Part shown: in pieces, positions 19,941 through 31,626 of the stretch
Numbering within the stretch: the stretch's first letter is position 1
Layout of the letters: every line of letters starts with the position of its first letter
NCBI GenBank assembly: GCA_029288835.1
Contig: JARIGN010000004.1
Span: forward strand, 22,313 to 86,312
Direction of reading: 5' to 3'
Length of the DNA stretch: 64,000 nucleotides
DNA from: Candidatus Kaiserbacteria bacterium
GTDB taxonomy: Bacteria; Patescibacteriota; Minisyncoccia; Phycocordibacterales; Phycocordibacteraceae
Position numbers and translations under genes: made by a program
The notes under the pieces: model-generated
What the model was told of the DNA's origin: nothing
The model's database searches: none
Seen by the model: only the letters and a program-made list of their open reading frames with translations

Positions 19941-20558
19941 ATGACAAACATGATTCAAAGTGAGACTTCCCCGATCCCAGCCACGCTGGAAACTGCGGAA
20001 GTCATCATGGTGAAGTACCAGGTCTCGAACCCAAACCGGATTCCGGAAATCTTTGAGCACGTTGAACGTCCGCCCGACTTGACGGTGGATATCGAGCAGC
20101 AGAAGCTAGCTCGCTCCCAGGGAATCCCATACGATATCTTCAAGAAGGGTCGCGTACGCCGGGGTCGGGTCGACACGGGCGAGAACACGCTCAAGGAGAA
20201 CGGCCTGTTTGATACGGGACGTCTCATCGATGGGTTGCTGGCGAGCAATCGCTTCCGTCTCGTCGACGCCGTCACCTATGAACGGCCCCTCGAGCCGAAT
20301 GAGGATCAACGTCCTCAATCCCGCAAGTTGATCATGGTCCTCGTATTCTCCTCGAGAGCTGAAGATCAACCGATCTACGTGGCCAAAGACCTCGCCTATG
20401 CCGCTGCGCTCAAGATGCTCGGCAACATGGTCTGGAAGTTCTGCTCGGTCTGGGCGAACCGCGACCACACTATAACGGTGAACCTGTCACTCCTCGACCC
20501 CGATCGGAAAAGGAGAAAAAGCATTCAGATCAAGGACGGTCAGATCGTCGCCACCTAA
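19941..20558 (+). CDS. Hypothetical protein
   Basis: TTGACA-N17-TATTTT promoter at 19861, SD GAGGAGG, GC3-rich codons, terminator at about 20588-20620. Confidence 0.7.
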   Translation: MTNMIQSETSPIPATLETAEVIMVKYQVSNPNRIPEIFEHVERPPDLTVDIEQQKLARSQGIPYDIFKKGRVRRGRVDTGENTLKENGLFDTGRLIDGLLASNRFRLVDAVTYERPLEPNEDQRPQSRKLIMVLVFSSRAEDQPIYVAKDLAYAAALKMLGNMVWKFCSVWANRDHTITVNLSLLDPDRKRRKSIQIKDGQIVAT

Positions 20559-20587
20559 CGTCGACGCTAATTAGCCCTCCTCACTTC

Positions 20588-20620
20588 AAGCCGAGCCCGC
20601 AAGGACTCGGCTTTTTCTTT
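20588..20620 (+). terminator. Intrinsic terminator
   Basis: aagccgag-cccgcaagga-ctcggctt followed by T-tract. Confidence 0.7.
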
Positions 20621-20624
20621 ATTT

Positions 20625-22049
20625 TTAATCGCCCACTTGGAAAAGATACTTTTCGTTCTTTGAGTGAATGACTTCACCAAACCTGTCAAGCAAGTGTCCA
20701 ATTGCGTGCTCTGACAATACTTTTTTGGAATCAACAAACGTGTTTGATATAAAATCTGGAGGTAAGCCACTAGCAAGAGTAAACATGTGTGAAAGCATTG
20801 TGGTAGCATATTGTCCTTTTCCTAAATCAAATTCAAATATAATTCCTTCCGGTACAATCTCTGCTTTTTTAAAATCTACGTGAGATCGTGTTGGTGTGGA
20901 ACGGTTTTTTATTATTATTTGCGGGAAAGGACGAAGGTTCTCAAACTGTGAAGGACTGAATCCTATTGGATCAAGTATAGAACTATAAATTTGTTGGTCA
21001 GCTCGTAAAGGACTAAGAAAAAATGGTAACGCTTTTGGAACAGGTTTATTATTCAAAATAAGTTCAGATATTTTTGCATTAAAGAAAAGGGAGGATAAAG
21101 CATATAGCCAAAAAGTAATTTGTTCTGGAAGTGTTTGGAGCGCTCCACGATAATCGCCGGGATGATTCTTAAGATGCTGTACCACCCGCAGTTCATTTTC
21201 AAAGATAAGGGGAAAACGTAAGAGATCTTCATATACTACATTCCAATTCGGGATGTTCTTTTGAAGCGATTTTCTTATATCTTTAAAAAATGGTATCTCT
21301 CTAGGTCCTTGGTACGTGAGAAAATCCAACACTGCTTCTTCATAATTGCCGCGTAATATTGAAAGTGCCCACTGATAATTCCGTAATCGCGCAACACCAA
21401 ATCTTTGTAAGTAAAAAAAATTATAAAATCCATTTTCCTTAACTTCTTGTAATTTGTTTGCAAATTGGGCGAATGATTCTGGATTAAAAAAATCTTGCCG
21501 AGTTCGTACTAAAATAGTAAATTTGTTACCTTCAAGATAACCTCTCTGCATGCTTCCTTTGCCAAGCTCCCACTCTGCAAGAAAATAATAAGGAGAAGAA
21601 ATATTTTTTAAAGCTTCAGGTGAAGCATGTCGTATGGAAATTTTCTGTGCAGTAAGCGCACTCTTATCCTTGAGCCCAGCAAAGCTAATATCTTCAGTTC
21701 GAATTCTAAGCTGCTTCGCTAAATCTTCTGCAGCTTCAAAGGTAGAAAGATTACATTTAACAAGAGTTGCATAATACGTTCCGGCGCTATGCGTAGGTGC
21801 CTTCTCTTCTGTTGCGAACACGCTCTTAACAGTTCCATTAATCTTTTCTTCTACAATGAAGTCTTCAGGCCAGAATTTTATATATCCATGAGGAAATTCC
21901 TCCTTACCTGGAATTTGAATTCCTAATTCCAGTAGAGTTTTGGCATCATCAATATAGGTTTGTTCTTTAAATAGCTCAGGATTTTTTAAATATTCTTTTT
22001 CTAATTCCTGAAACTCTGCTTTTTTTATTTCGAGCCGATCAGTATTCAT
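20625..22049 (-). CDS. truD: tRNA pseudouridine(13) synthase TruD, long form
   Basis: GYIKFWPEDFIVEE, catalytic FAGLKDKSALTAQ, GNKFTILVR, NFFYLQRFG, FDLGKGQYATTML. Confidence 0.9.
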   Translation of the reverse strand: MNTDRLEIKKAEFQELEKEYLKNPELFKEQTYIDDAKTLLELGIQIPGKEEFPHGYIKFWPEDFIVEEKINGTVKSVFATEEKAPTHSAGTYYATLVKCNLSTFEAAEDLAKQLRIRTEDISFAGLKDKSALTAQKISIRHASPEALKNISSPYYFLAEWELGKGSMQRGYLEGNKFTILVRTRQDFFNPESFAQFANKLQEVKENGFYNFFYLQRFGVARLRNYQWALSILRGNYEEAVLDFLTYQGPREIPFFKDIRKSLQKNIPNWNVVYEDLLRFPLIFENELRVVQHLKNHPGDYRGALQTLPEQITFWLYALSSLFFNAKISELILNNKPVPKALPFFLSPLRADQQIYSSILDPIGFSPSQFENLRPFPQIIIKNRSTPTRSHVDFKKAEIVPEGIIFEFDLGKGQYATTMLSHMFTLASGLPPDFISNTFVDSKKVLSEHAIGHLLDRFGEVIHSKNEKYLFQVGD

Positions 22050-22051
22050 AA

Positions 22052-23104
22052 CTATTTACCCTTTCCGTAATACTTTTTCAAGAGCGCAACATGCTCTGGG
22101 TACGTCGCGGCACAGTGGAAGTTTCCGTGTGAGTCATGGAAATAGTAGAGGCAGGAGGTCTGCACGGGGTTTAAGGCAGCGAGTACCGCGGCAACAGACG
22201 GGTTTGCAATTGGTCCAGGCGGAAGACCCGCGTGCTCGTACGTGTTATAGGCTGAAGAAATATATTTGTCCTTTGGCTGCGCGACAGGCCACCAGTTTCC
22301 CGCAATACTGCCGCTCTTTGTCGCCTTTGCATACTGGAGCGTCGCGTCTATTTGCAGGTTCATATTGTTAAAAAGACGATTCCAGATGATGCCGGAAATG
22401 ATACGCATGTCATCTGGTCCTGCTGCTTCACGCTCAAGGAGGGAAGCGATCGTGAGTGCTTCAGAAAGCGGCACTTGTTCTTGGGTGGTGGTGCTGTAGT
22501 GCGAAAGGATGTCCTTGCTAAACGAAGCTGAGACAATTGCAGCAGCTTCACTCGGTGTGGTTTCGCTTGAGACGGCATAGGTTCCCGGTTCAAAAATACC
22601 TTCTGAAATTTCTGTGCTCGTTCCTTCTGTCTGAGCAGTGTTTGCGGAAACATCGTTTATGAACTCTGTACGCTGCTTTGCATTCCACCCGAGCGCAGAG
22701 CCAAACACCGTCGCAACCTGCTCTTTTCGGTACCCCGGAAGAATGGTGACAAGCCTGCCGTCTGCAGAAGCAAGCGACTGGTATAAGGAAGTGTTATTAA
22801 GAAGTGAGGCAAACCATCCAAGCAGTTCAGAAAAGTTTCCAACCGAGGCCGTCAGCGAAGAAGTGTGTTCAGTAAAATAAGCATTTGCTTCTGCATTTTC
22901 AACTATCTGCTTTTTGGAAGGGATTACCGACACAGGGAAGGGTGCAGGAGTAGTAGGCTTTAGTACCACAGGAGCGCTTTGTTCATTGTGCGCGGTCAAA
23001 AGAAAAACCTGCGGCACGATGAACGCAACCGTTGCGAAAATGACCAGTATGAGAGCGGTAACCACGAGCGGCTTACGGCCTTTTGAAGACACTTTAGTAG
23101 CCAT
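22052..23104 (-). CDS. mltG: Endolytic transglycosylase MltG
   Basis: TM anchor. ASLLEREA, NRLFNNMNLQIDATLQY, SAYNTYEHAGLPPGPIANPS, YYFHD. Confidence 0.92.
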   Translation of the reverse strand: MATKVSSKGRKPLVVTALILVIFATVAFIVPQVFLLTAHNEQSAPVVLKPTTPAPFPVSVIPSKKQIVENAEANAYFTEHTSSLTASVGNFSELLGWFASLLNNTSLYQSLASADGRLVTILPGYRKEQVATVFGSALGWNAKQRTEFINDVSANTAQTEGTSTEISEGIFEPGTYAVSSETTPSEAAAIVSASFSKDILSHYSTTTQEQVPLSEALTIASLLEREAAGPDDMRIISGIIWNRLFNNMNLQIDATLQYAKATKSGSIAGNWWPVAQPKDKYISSAYNTYEHAGLPPGPIANPSVAAVLAALNPVQTSCLYYFHDSHGNFHCAATYPEHVALLKKYYGKGK

Positions 23105-23171
23105 ACGAATACCTAAACTGTAACGCAAAAATGCTGATTTTACTATGGCAGAGCAATGCTACAATGAAGAT

Positions 23172-23585
23172 ATGAAAAAATTTCTCACCCCTTTTCTTAT
23201 TGCTCTTATTGCCATGCTTTGTCTCGACGTGCTGTGGATAGGATTCATCGCGGCTTCTTTTTATAAGGTTGAAATGGGCGCGTACTATTCCTCGACACCA
23301 CTGCTGTGGCCTGCAGCTATTTTTTACGTGCTCTATGTGTGCGGCTTGGTGCACTTTGTTATTCAGCCAGCGCTTCGTTCAGGCTCAGTATCAACGGCTG
23401 CGGCTAAAGGTGCATTCTTTGCAGCAGTAGCGTTTGGTACCTATGACCTCACGGCGCTTTCCGTCATTCCACATTGGCCCGTCATCCTAAGTGCGGTTGA
23501 TATGGCATGGGGAACCTTCGAAGGCATGCTCGTGTGCGCCATAACCTATCTCATCACAAAATCCGTTACGCACTCTCCGCGCTAG
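23172..23585 (+). CDS. DUF2177-family membrane protein
   Basis: LDVLWIG, AAIFYVLY, FGTYDLT, VDMAWG. Confidence 0.85.
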   Translation: MKKFLTPFLIALIAMLCLDVLWIGFIAASFYKVEMGAYYSSTPLLWPAAIFYVLYVCGLVHFVIQPALRSGSVSTAAAKGAFFAAVAFGTYDLTALSVIPHWPVILSAVDMAWGTFEGMLVCAITYLITKSVTHSPR

Positions 23586-23618
23586 ACCTTGTGTCCGCTT
23601 GTGTGGTAGCTTCAGAAT

Positions 23619-24107
23619 ATGGTTAAGATTCCGCGCAAGCCAACGGTTATAGAAAGCACCGTCACCTGGATCGGTTCAGTACCGTCCATTATTTTTCATA
23701 CCTGCGTCTTTCTTTTGTTCACTCTCCTCACGCTCTCAAACATTTTCCCCAGCAACACCGTACTCCTCGTCTGGAATACGATGGTTTCCCTCGAGGCCAT
23801 CTATCTCGCGCTTTTCATTCAGTACACGGTGAACCGCAACACGCGCAGTCTCGAAGAGGTGGAGGAAGACATTGATGAGATTCAGGAAGACGTGGACGAG
23901 CTCCAGGAAGATGTCGAAGATCTCGGCGAAGACCTTGGCGAGATTCAGGAGGATATTGAGGAAATGTCTGAAGATATTGAAGAAATGTCCGAGGAAGACA
24001 AGGAAGAGGAGCGTCAGGAGGGGGTTCGTGCAGCAAATATTGAAAAGCTTACGGAAGACATCCGTCGTGTGCTTCAGGACCTCGAGACCATTAAAAAGCA
24101 AAAGTAA
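23619..24107 (+). CDS. DUF1003-like membrane protein with acidic heptad coiled coil
   Basis: WIGS..SIIFHT, VSLEAIYLALFIQ, followed by EED(I/V)xE repeats. Confidence 0.8.
   Translation: MVKIPRKPTVIESTVTWIGSVPSIIFHTCVFLLFTLLTLSNIFPSNTVLLVWNTMVSLEAIYLALFIQYTVNRNTRSLEEVEEDIDEIQEDVDELQEDVEDLGEDLGEIQEDIEEMSEDIEEMSEEDKEEERQEGVRAANIEKLTEDIRRVLQDLETIKKQK
23862..23990 (+). repeat. Degenerate 21-bp coding tandem repeat, about 6 units
   Basis: Units such as gaggaagacattgatgagatt, caggaagacgtggacgagctc, caggaagatgtcgaagatctc. Confidence 0.7.
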
Positions 24108-24125
24108 AAAGAAATCCCTCACTCC

Positions 24126-24815
24126 TTACTTAGGAGCGAGGGTTTGCCGATATGCAGCAATGTCTTGGGAAACTGAGCTGCTTAGTGCAAAAAGGGTAAC
24201 GACACCCCATCCCCAAACGAACATAGTCCTTTTCAAAGTAGTGGAACCCGAAAGAGGAAGTTTTTCACTGATTTCATCTAAGTGTTCATTGCGAACTCTA
24301 CCGCCGCCGATGAATAAGCAGGGAATCACTGCAGCACCACACTCCCGGATTCTGCGAATTGATTGCTTGATCAGCCAGCGCTGTTCAGAGGGACGAAACT
24401 CGTTACAACAGATGAGCACCGTGTCATCGGGGCTCGGGAGCAACTCAGGATCATACTCAAGGGTAGTGTCGCAGGCGACTACTCGACAGGTTGTTTCCCG
24501 TCCAGGAATTTTTTCAAGCTCTTCGCATACTTTTACTGCGAATGCTTGTGGCATACCTTTGATACAGGTAACTGCCGTAATGTCCTGCAGGTTATAGCCA
24601 AGATTGTACTGCTCAGCATCGCTGCAGAGACGTTGCACCAAATTGTTGGCCTTTATCGCAAGTATGTTAGGATCTGGATCAAAAAAACGAGCTAGACGCC
24701 TTGTTAGAAAGATCTCGTAATCAGACAAAGGTAATACCCCCCTGGCTTGTTGCGCACCCCATAGTGCGATTTCCAAAGAAAACGGTATCAGACTATATGC
24801 ACTTTGTGAATTCAC
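24126..24815 (-). CDS. Hypothetical protein, possibly a degenerate phosphoribosyltransferase fold
   Basis: 229-aa ORF filling the gap. AFAVKVCEEL..DTVLICCNEF..IRRIRECGAAVI loosely parallels type I PRTase topology. Confidence 0.5.
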   Translation of the reverse strand: MNSQSAYSLIPFSLEIALWGAQQARGVLPLSDYEIFLTRRLARFFDPDPNILAIKANNLVQRLCSDAEQYNLGYNLQDITAVTCIKGMPQAFAVKVCEELEKIPGRETTCRVVACDTTLEYDPELLPSPDDTVLICCNEFRPSEQRWLIKQSIRRIRECGAAVIPCLFIGGGRVRNEHLDEISEKLPLSGSTTLKRTMFVWGWGVVTLFALSSSVSQDIAAYRQTLAPK

Positions 24816-24840
24816 ATAAGTTTTGCTAAACTAAACCGTA

Positions 24841-25885
<1,045 letters not shown>

Positions 25886-25902
25886 GGATCACCTAGGCAC
25901 GT

Positions 25903-26358
25903 ATGCAAGCACTCTTCGACGCATTTGGTCTCAACCTTCCACTTCTGCTCGCGCAGATAGTGAATTTTGGCATCGTGCTTGTTGCGCTTACCTATTTCCT
26001 CTATAAGCCGATCAACAAGGTGCTCACCGAGCGCCAGCAAAAGATCGCACAGGGAGTAGAAGACGCAGAGCGCGCGGCTAAAAAGCTTGCGACCGCAGAC
26101 AGTGTCGCGGCTTCAAAGGTCCACGAGGCTGAAGAAGAAGCAGAAGGCATCGTTGTGTCTGCGCGTGAAGAGGCCACCAGCCAGAAGAGTCGCATTGTGA
26201 AGGAGGCTGAAGCGCGTGCCGCACAAGTTGCGGCAGATGCTGAAGCACGTGCCAAAGAAACTGCAGCAAAAGCCCTTCGCGACAGCGAAAAAGAGGTAGC
26301 GCGTCTTGCCGTACTTGCCGCAGAAAAAATCCTTCGCCATCCTGAAAAAGCAGCATGA
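25903..26358 (+). CDS. atpF: ATP synthase Fo subunit b
   Basis: AQIVNFGIVL..YKPINKVLTERQQKI plus coiled coil. Confidence 0.95.
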   Translation: MQALFDAFGLNLPLLLAQIVNFGIVLVALTYFLYKPINKVLTERQQKIAQGVEDAERAAKKLATADSVAASKVHEAEEEAEGIVVSAREEATSQKSRIVKEAEARAAQVAADAEARAKETAAKALRDSEKEVARLAVLAAEKILRHPEKAA

Positions 26359-26747
26359 CCCTTGCCCGCGACTACGCCCAGGCGCTTGTAAACGCTGCAC
26401 ATACCGCTGAAAAGGAAAGCACGAAAGCTGAGCCTAAGAAGCTTGTCGCGCAGCTCGTGAAGCACCTCGAAACTACCGGCCGCATGAAGCTTTTGCCGCA
26501 TATCGTGCGCGAGCTCGGCCGCCTAGAAGCCCAAGAAAAAAAACTTGCGCCACAGGTAGAGGTCGCGCACCAAAAAGATGCGGCGCACGCTCTCGCAGCG
26601 GCAGCAAAGCACGGCATTCATGCAAACGAAGCGCGTGTAAACCACACCCTTGTGCAGGGATGGCGCGCCAGCAGCAAAGGCACTTTGCTCGATGCTTCCG
26701 CAAAACGGCAGCTCGTCGAGCTTTATAAGAAAGTACTCACGCACTAG
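26355..26747 (+). CDS. atpH: ATP synthase F1 subunit delta, short form
   Basis: ARDYAQAL N-terminus, TLVQGW..LLDASAKRQL C-terminus, position between atpF and atpA. Confidence 0.85.
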   Translation: MTLARDYAQALVNAAHTAEKESTKAEPKKLVAQLVKHLETTGRMKLLPHIVRELGRLEAQEKKLAPQVEVAHQKDAAHALAAAAKHGIHANEARVNHTLVQGWRASSKGTLLDASAKRQLVELYKKVLTH

Positions 26748-26784
26748 TTTTAGTTTTCTTTATTAATTTATCAATCGCCACGGT

Positions 26785-28332
26785 ATGGAAAGCATTATTA
26801 AAAGAATCGAAGAAGAAATCTCTGCACTCACGCCAAACGTGCAGGAAGAGGAGACGGGTATCGTGCGCACTGCCGGTGACGGCATTGCCGAAATCGATGG
26901 CCTCCAAAATGCCATCATGACGGAAATGGTGCTTTTCGACCCGAGCTTTGACGGCTCCCTCGAAGACGCTATCAAGGATGCCGACCCGATCTATGGGCTC
27001 GTCTTGAACCTCGAAGAGGACGGCGTGCGTGCCGTGATTCTTGGCGATGCGTCGCGCGTGTATGAAGGCATGCGTGTGCGCCGCTTGGGACGACTGCTTT
27101 CCATTCCTGTAGGTGACGCGCTTGTCGGGCGTGTGGTGAACGCGCTTGGTGAGCCGGTTGATGGCAAAGGTCCTATCGCTGGCACTAAGCTCATGCCAAT
27201 CGAGCACGAAGCATACGGCGTGATGGATCGCTCTCCGGTAAATGTGCCGCTCCATACCGGCATTAAGGCTATTGATGCGATGATTCCGATTGGTCGTGGC
27301 CAGCGCGAGCTCATCATCGGTGACCGCGGTGTCGGAAAGACCACTATTGCCATCGATACTATTTTGAACCAGAAATCAGAGCCTGAAGCGACTCGTCCTA
27401 TTTGTATCTATGTCGCTATCGGCCAGAAGGAATCAAAGACCGCAAAGATTGTCGCAAGCCTTGAGGAATCAGGTGCAATGGCATACACCATCGTGGTGAC
27501 GGCTCCGGCATCAAGCCCTGCTGCTTTTCAGTTTTTGGCACCGTTTGCCGGTGCTACCATTGGCGAGCACTTCATGGAGCAAGGGAAGGATGCACTCGTT
27601 ATCTATGATGACCTTTCCAAGCAGGCAGTGGCATACCGCCAGATGGCTTTGCTCCTTCGCCGTCCACCAGGCCGCGAAGCATATCCTGGAGACGTGTTTT
27701 ATTTGCACTCCCGCCTTCTCGAGCGCGCGGCAAAGCTCTCAAAAGAAAAGGGAGGTGGCTCTTTGACCGCGCTTCCAATCATTGAAACCCAGGAAGGTGA
27801 CATCTCGGCGTACATTCCGACAAACGTCATTTCCATCACCGACGGTCAGATCTTCTTGCTCGCTGATCTCTTCAACAAAGGCCAGCGGCCTGCTATTGAC
27901 GTCGGAAACTCCGTGTCTCGCGTGGGTTCTTCGGCACAGACTAAGGCTATGAAAAAAGTGTCCGGAAAGATCAAGCTTGAGCTTGCGCAGTTCCGTGAAC
28001 TCGAAGCCTTCATGCAGTTCTCTTCAGACCTTGATGCAGAGACCAAGAAGCGCATTGATTCCGGCCAGCGCATGACGCAGGTGTTGAACCAGAGCGAAGG
28101 CCATCCGCTTCCGTTTGAAATGGAAGCTGCGGTTATCTTTGCCGCGGTTAATGGATACCTTGATAGTTTTGATCCTTCCCAGACCAGCTCCGCAGAGCAG
28201 CGCCTCCAGGACTTCCTCATGCGAGAAGCGAAGGATGTGCTTGCACAGATTAAGGAGACCAAGAATATCGACGGCGACGTAGAAGCTTCGCTTCGCGCTG
28301 CACTTGATAAGTTCGCAGAACGCGTCGCGTAA
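26785..28332 (+). CDS. atpA: ATP synthase F1 subunit alpha
   Basis: [41 protein letters not shown]. Confidence 0.99.
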   Translation: MESIIKRIEEEISALTPNVQEEETGIVRTAGDGIAEIDGLQNAIMTEMVLFDPSFDGSLEDAIKDADPIYGLVLNLEEDGVRAVILGDASRVYEGMRVRRLGRLLSIPVGDALVGRVVNALGEPVDGKGPIAGTKLMPIEHEAYGVMDRSPVNVPLHTGIKAIDAMIPIGRGQRELIIGDRGVGKTTIAIDTILNQKSEPEATRPICIYVAIGQKESKTAKIVASLEESGAMAYTIVVTAPASSPAAFQFLAPFAGATIGEHFMEQGKDALVIYDDLSKQAVAYRQMALLLRRPPGREAYPGDVFYLHSRLLERAAKLSKEKGGGSLTALPIIETQEGDISAYIPTNVISITDGQIFLLADLFNKGQRPAIDVGNSVSRVGSSAQTKAMKKVSGKIKLELAQFRELEAFMQFSSDLDAETKKRIDSGQRMTQVLNQSEGHPLPFEMEAAVIFAAVNGYLDSFDPSQTSSAEQRLQDFLMREAKDVLAQIKETKNIDGDVEASLRAALDKFAERVA

Positions 28333-28339
28333 CGACTTC

Positions 28340-29248
28340 ATGGCACTCAAAGACATCAAAGCAAAAATACAGGCAACCAAACGCATGCACACGGTGACGC
28401 GTGCGATGGAAGCCTTGTCTGCGGTGAAGATGCGCAAGACACAGCAGTCTGCGTTTGAGGGCAGGCCGTATGCACGCGCAGCGCTATCCATCCTTGCGCG
28501 TCTTTCGGGAAGTCAGGATGTGCAAAGCCATCCACTTACCCAAACGCGTGAAGTAAAGAAAACGGCAGTGGTAGTCATCACAAGCGACAAAGGCCTTGCT
28601 GGAGCGCTTAATAGCGGCGTAATAAAGGCAGCAGTGCGCGCCGTAGAAGGGCGAGACCGTGACTCGCTTGTGCTCTTTACCTATGGACGCAAGGGTGAAG
28701 AATTCTTCTCTCGCCGCGGCTACACCATTGCAAAGTCATTTGAGAACAAGCGTGACGACGTGCCACTTTCCGTCATGCAAGAACTTTCCGCAGAACTTTC
28801 TCGTGGCTTCCTGGCAGGCGAGTATGACGAAGTGCTCGCGGTATACACCAATTTTCGCTCCACCTTCGAGCAGCTTCCTACCGTGCGCAAACTTCTCCCG
28901 CTTTCTATCGAAAGCGTTTCAGAGCTGGTGGAGGATATTCGCCCAGCGAAAGGGAAGTGGAGCAATGAGCCAATTCTCACTTCGCCGCAGTCCTATGAGG
29001 TCGAGCCATCGGCAGAGGAAGTGCTTGGGCTTTTGATCCCGCGTCTCGTCGCTATTTCGCTTTACTACATGCTTCTTGAGGCAAAGGCTTCTGAACACTC
29101 AGCGCGCATGGTCGCCATGAAGAACGCTTCAGACAAGTCAAAAGAGGTGACCCGCAACCTCACCCGCGCCTACAACAAGGCGCGCCAGGCTGCCATTACC
29201 CGAGAAGTGTCAGAGATCGTGAGTGGCCGCGAGGCTCTCGCCACATAA
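28340..29248 (+). CDS. atpG: ATP synthase F1 subunit gamma
   Basis: TSDKGLAG, ASEHSARMVAMKNA, YNKARQAAITREV. Confidence 0.98.
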   Translation: MALKDIKAKIQATKRMHTVTRAMEALSAVKMRKTQQSAFEGRPYARAALSILARLSGSQDVQSHPLTQTREVKKTAVVVITSDKGLAGALNSGVIKAAVRAVEGRDRDSLVLFTYGRKGEEFFSRRGYTIAKSFENKRDDVPLSVMQELSAELSRGFLAGEYDEVLAVYTNFRSTFEQLPTVRKLLPLSIESVSELVEDIRPAKGKWSNEPILTSPQSYEVEPSAEEVLGLLIPRLVAISLYYMLLEAKASEHSARMVAMKNASDKSKEVTRNLTRAYNKARQAAITREVSEIVSGREALAT

Positions 29249-29251
29249 GCT

Positions 29252-31014
<1,763 letters not shown>

Positions 31015-31019
31015 CCATT

Positions 31020-31268
31020 ATGGCAAAGACTTTTCACCTCACAATCGCCCAAGTCGGCCAAAATATCTTTGATGGGGAAGCGCTTTCCGTGACGCTTCCG
31101 GGCGCTGCCGGTGCCTTTACCGTGCTTGCGAACCACGAAGCCTTCGTAACGCCGCTCAAAGCAGGTGATGCAAAGATTGTCACGGCAGAAAACGAGCATA
31201 AGACGGTGACGCTTTCCGAAGCGGGCATTGCAGAAGTTTCCCAAAACCAGGCAACGGTGATTCTCTAA
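31020..31268 (+). CDS. atpC: ATP synthase F1 subunit epsilon, beta-sandwich only
   Basis: VTLPGAAGAFTVLANHEAFVTPL. Ends before the C-terminal helices. Confidence 0.9.
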   Translation: MAKTFHLTIAQVGQNIFDGEALSVTLPGAAGAFTVLANHEAFVTPLKAGDAKIVTAENEHKTVTLSEAGIAEVSQNQATVIL

Positions 31269-31302
31269 AAGAAAAGGCCGCCCGGAGGCGACCAAAAGTC
31301 TG

Positions 31303-31542
31303 TTATTCAAACACAGATGGCAGTTTTGTTGCTTTGATGAAATCCCAGATAATTTCCCGAAATTCAGTACAGCCTGCTAAAAATGAGTCTTTTGGTGACA
31401 CTTTCACCGCTTTTTTAGTGAGTAAGACCGTTACGTCTTCGTTTAATCCGTATACTGATGCCTTGAAACTACAGTGTGAGACTTTTGTGGAAAGAAGCTT
31501 GGCAAGCTTCTTTCGCGCTTGCTCAACATACTTCTTTTCCAT
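31303..31542 (-). CDS. Hypothetical protein
   Basis: ATG at 31542 with GAGAGGG SD-like site. Fills the intergenic gap. Confidence 0.5.
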   Translation of the reverse strand: MEKKYVEQARKKLAKLLSTKVSHCSFKASVYGLNEDVTVLLTKKAVKVSPKDSFLAGCTEFREIIWDFIKATKLPSVFE

Positions 31543-31626
31543 ACGTCCCTCTCGAAGAACAGCAAGCGACACTATACGCGAGCTGAACTAATTATTCAAC
31601 TCTGCATTTGCTATACTGTTTCTATC

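Noticed and set aside
19268-22049. Integrative element at tRNA-Ala
   Set aside because: No integrase and no duplicated tRNA 3' end was found by eye.
23872-24597. 241-aa plus-strand ORF bridging the DUF1003-like gene and the minus-strand orphan
   Set aside because: Out-of-frame and antisense overlap of two better-supported genes. The first part is the frameshifted repeat.
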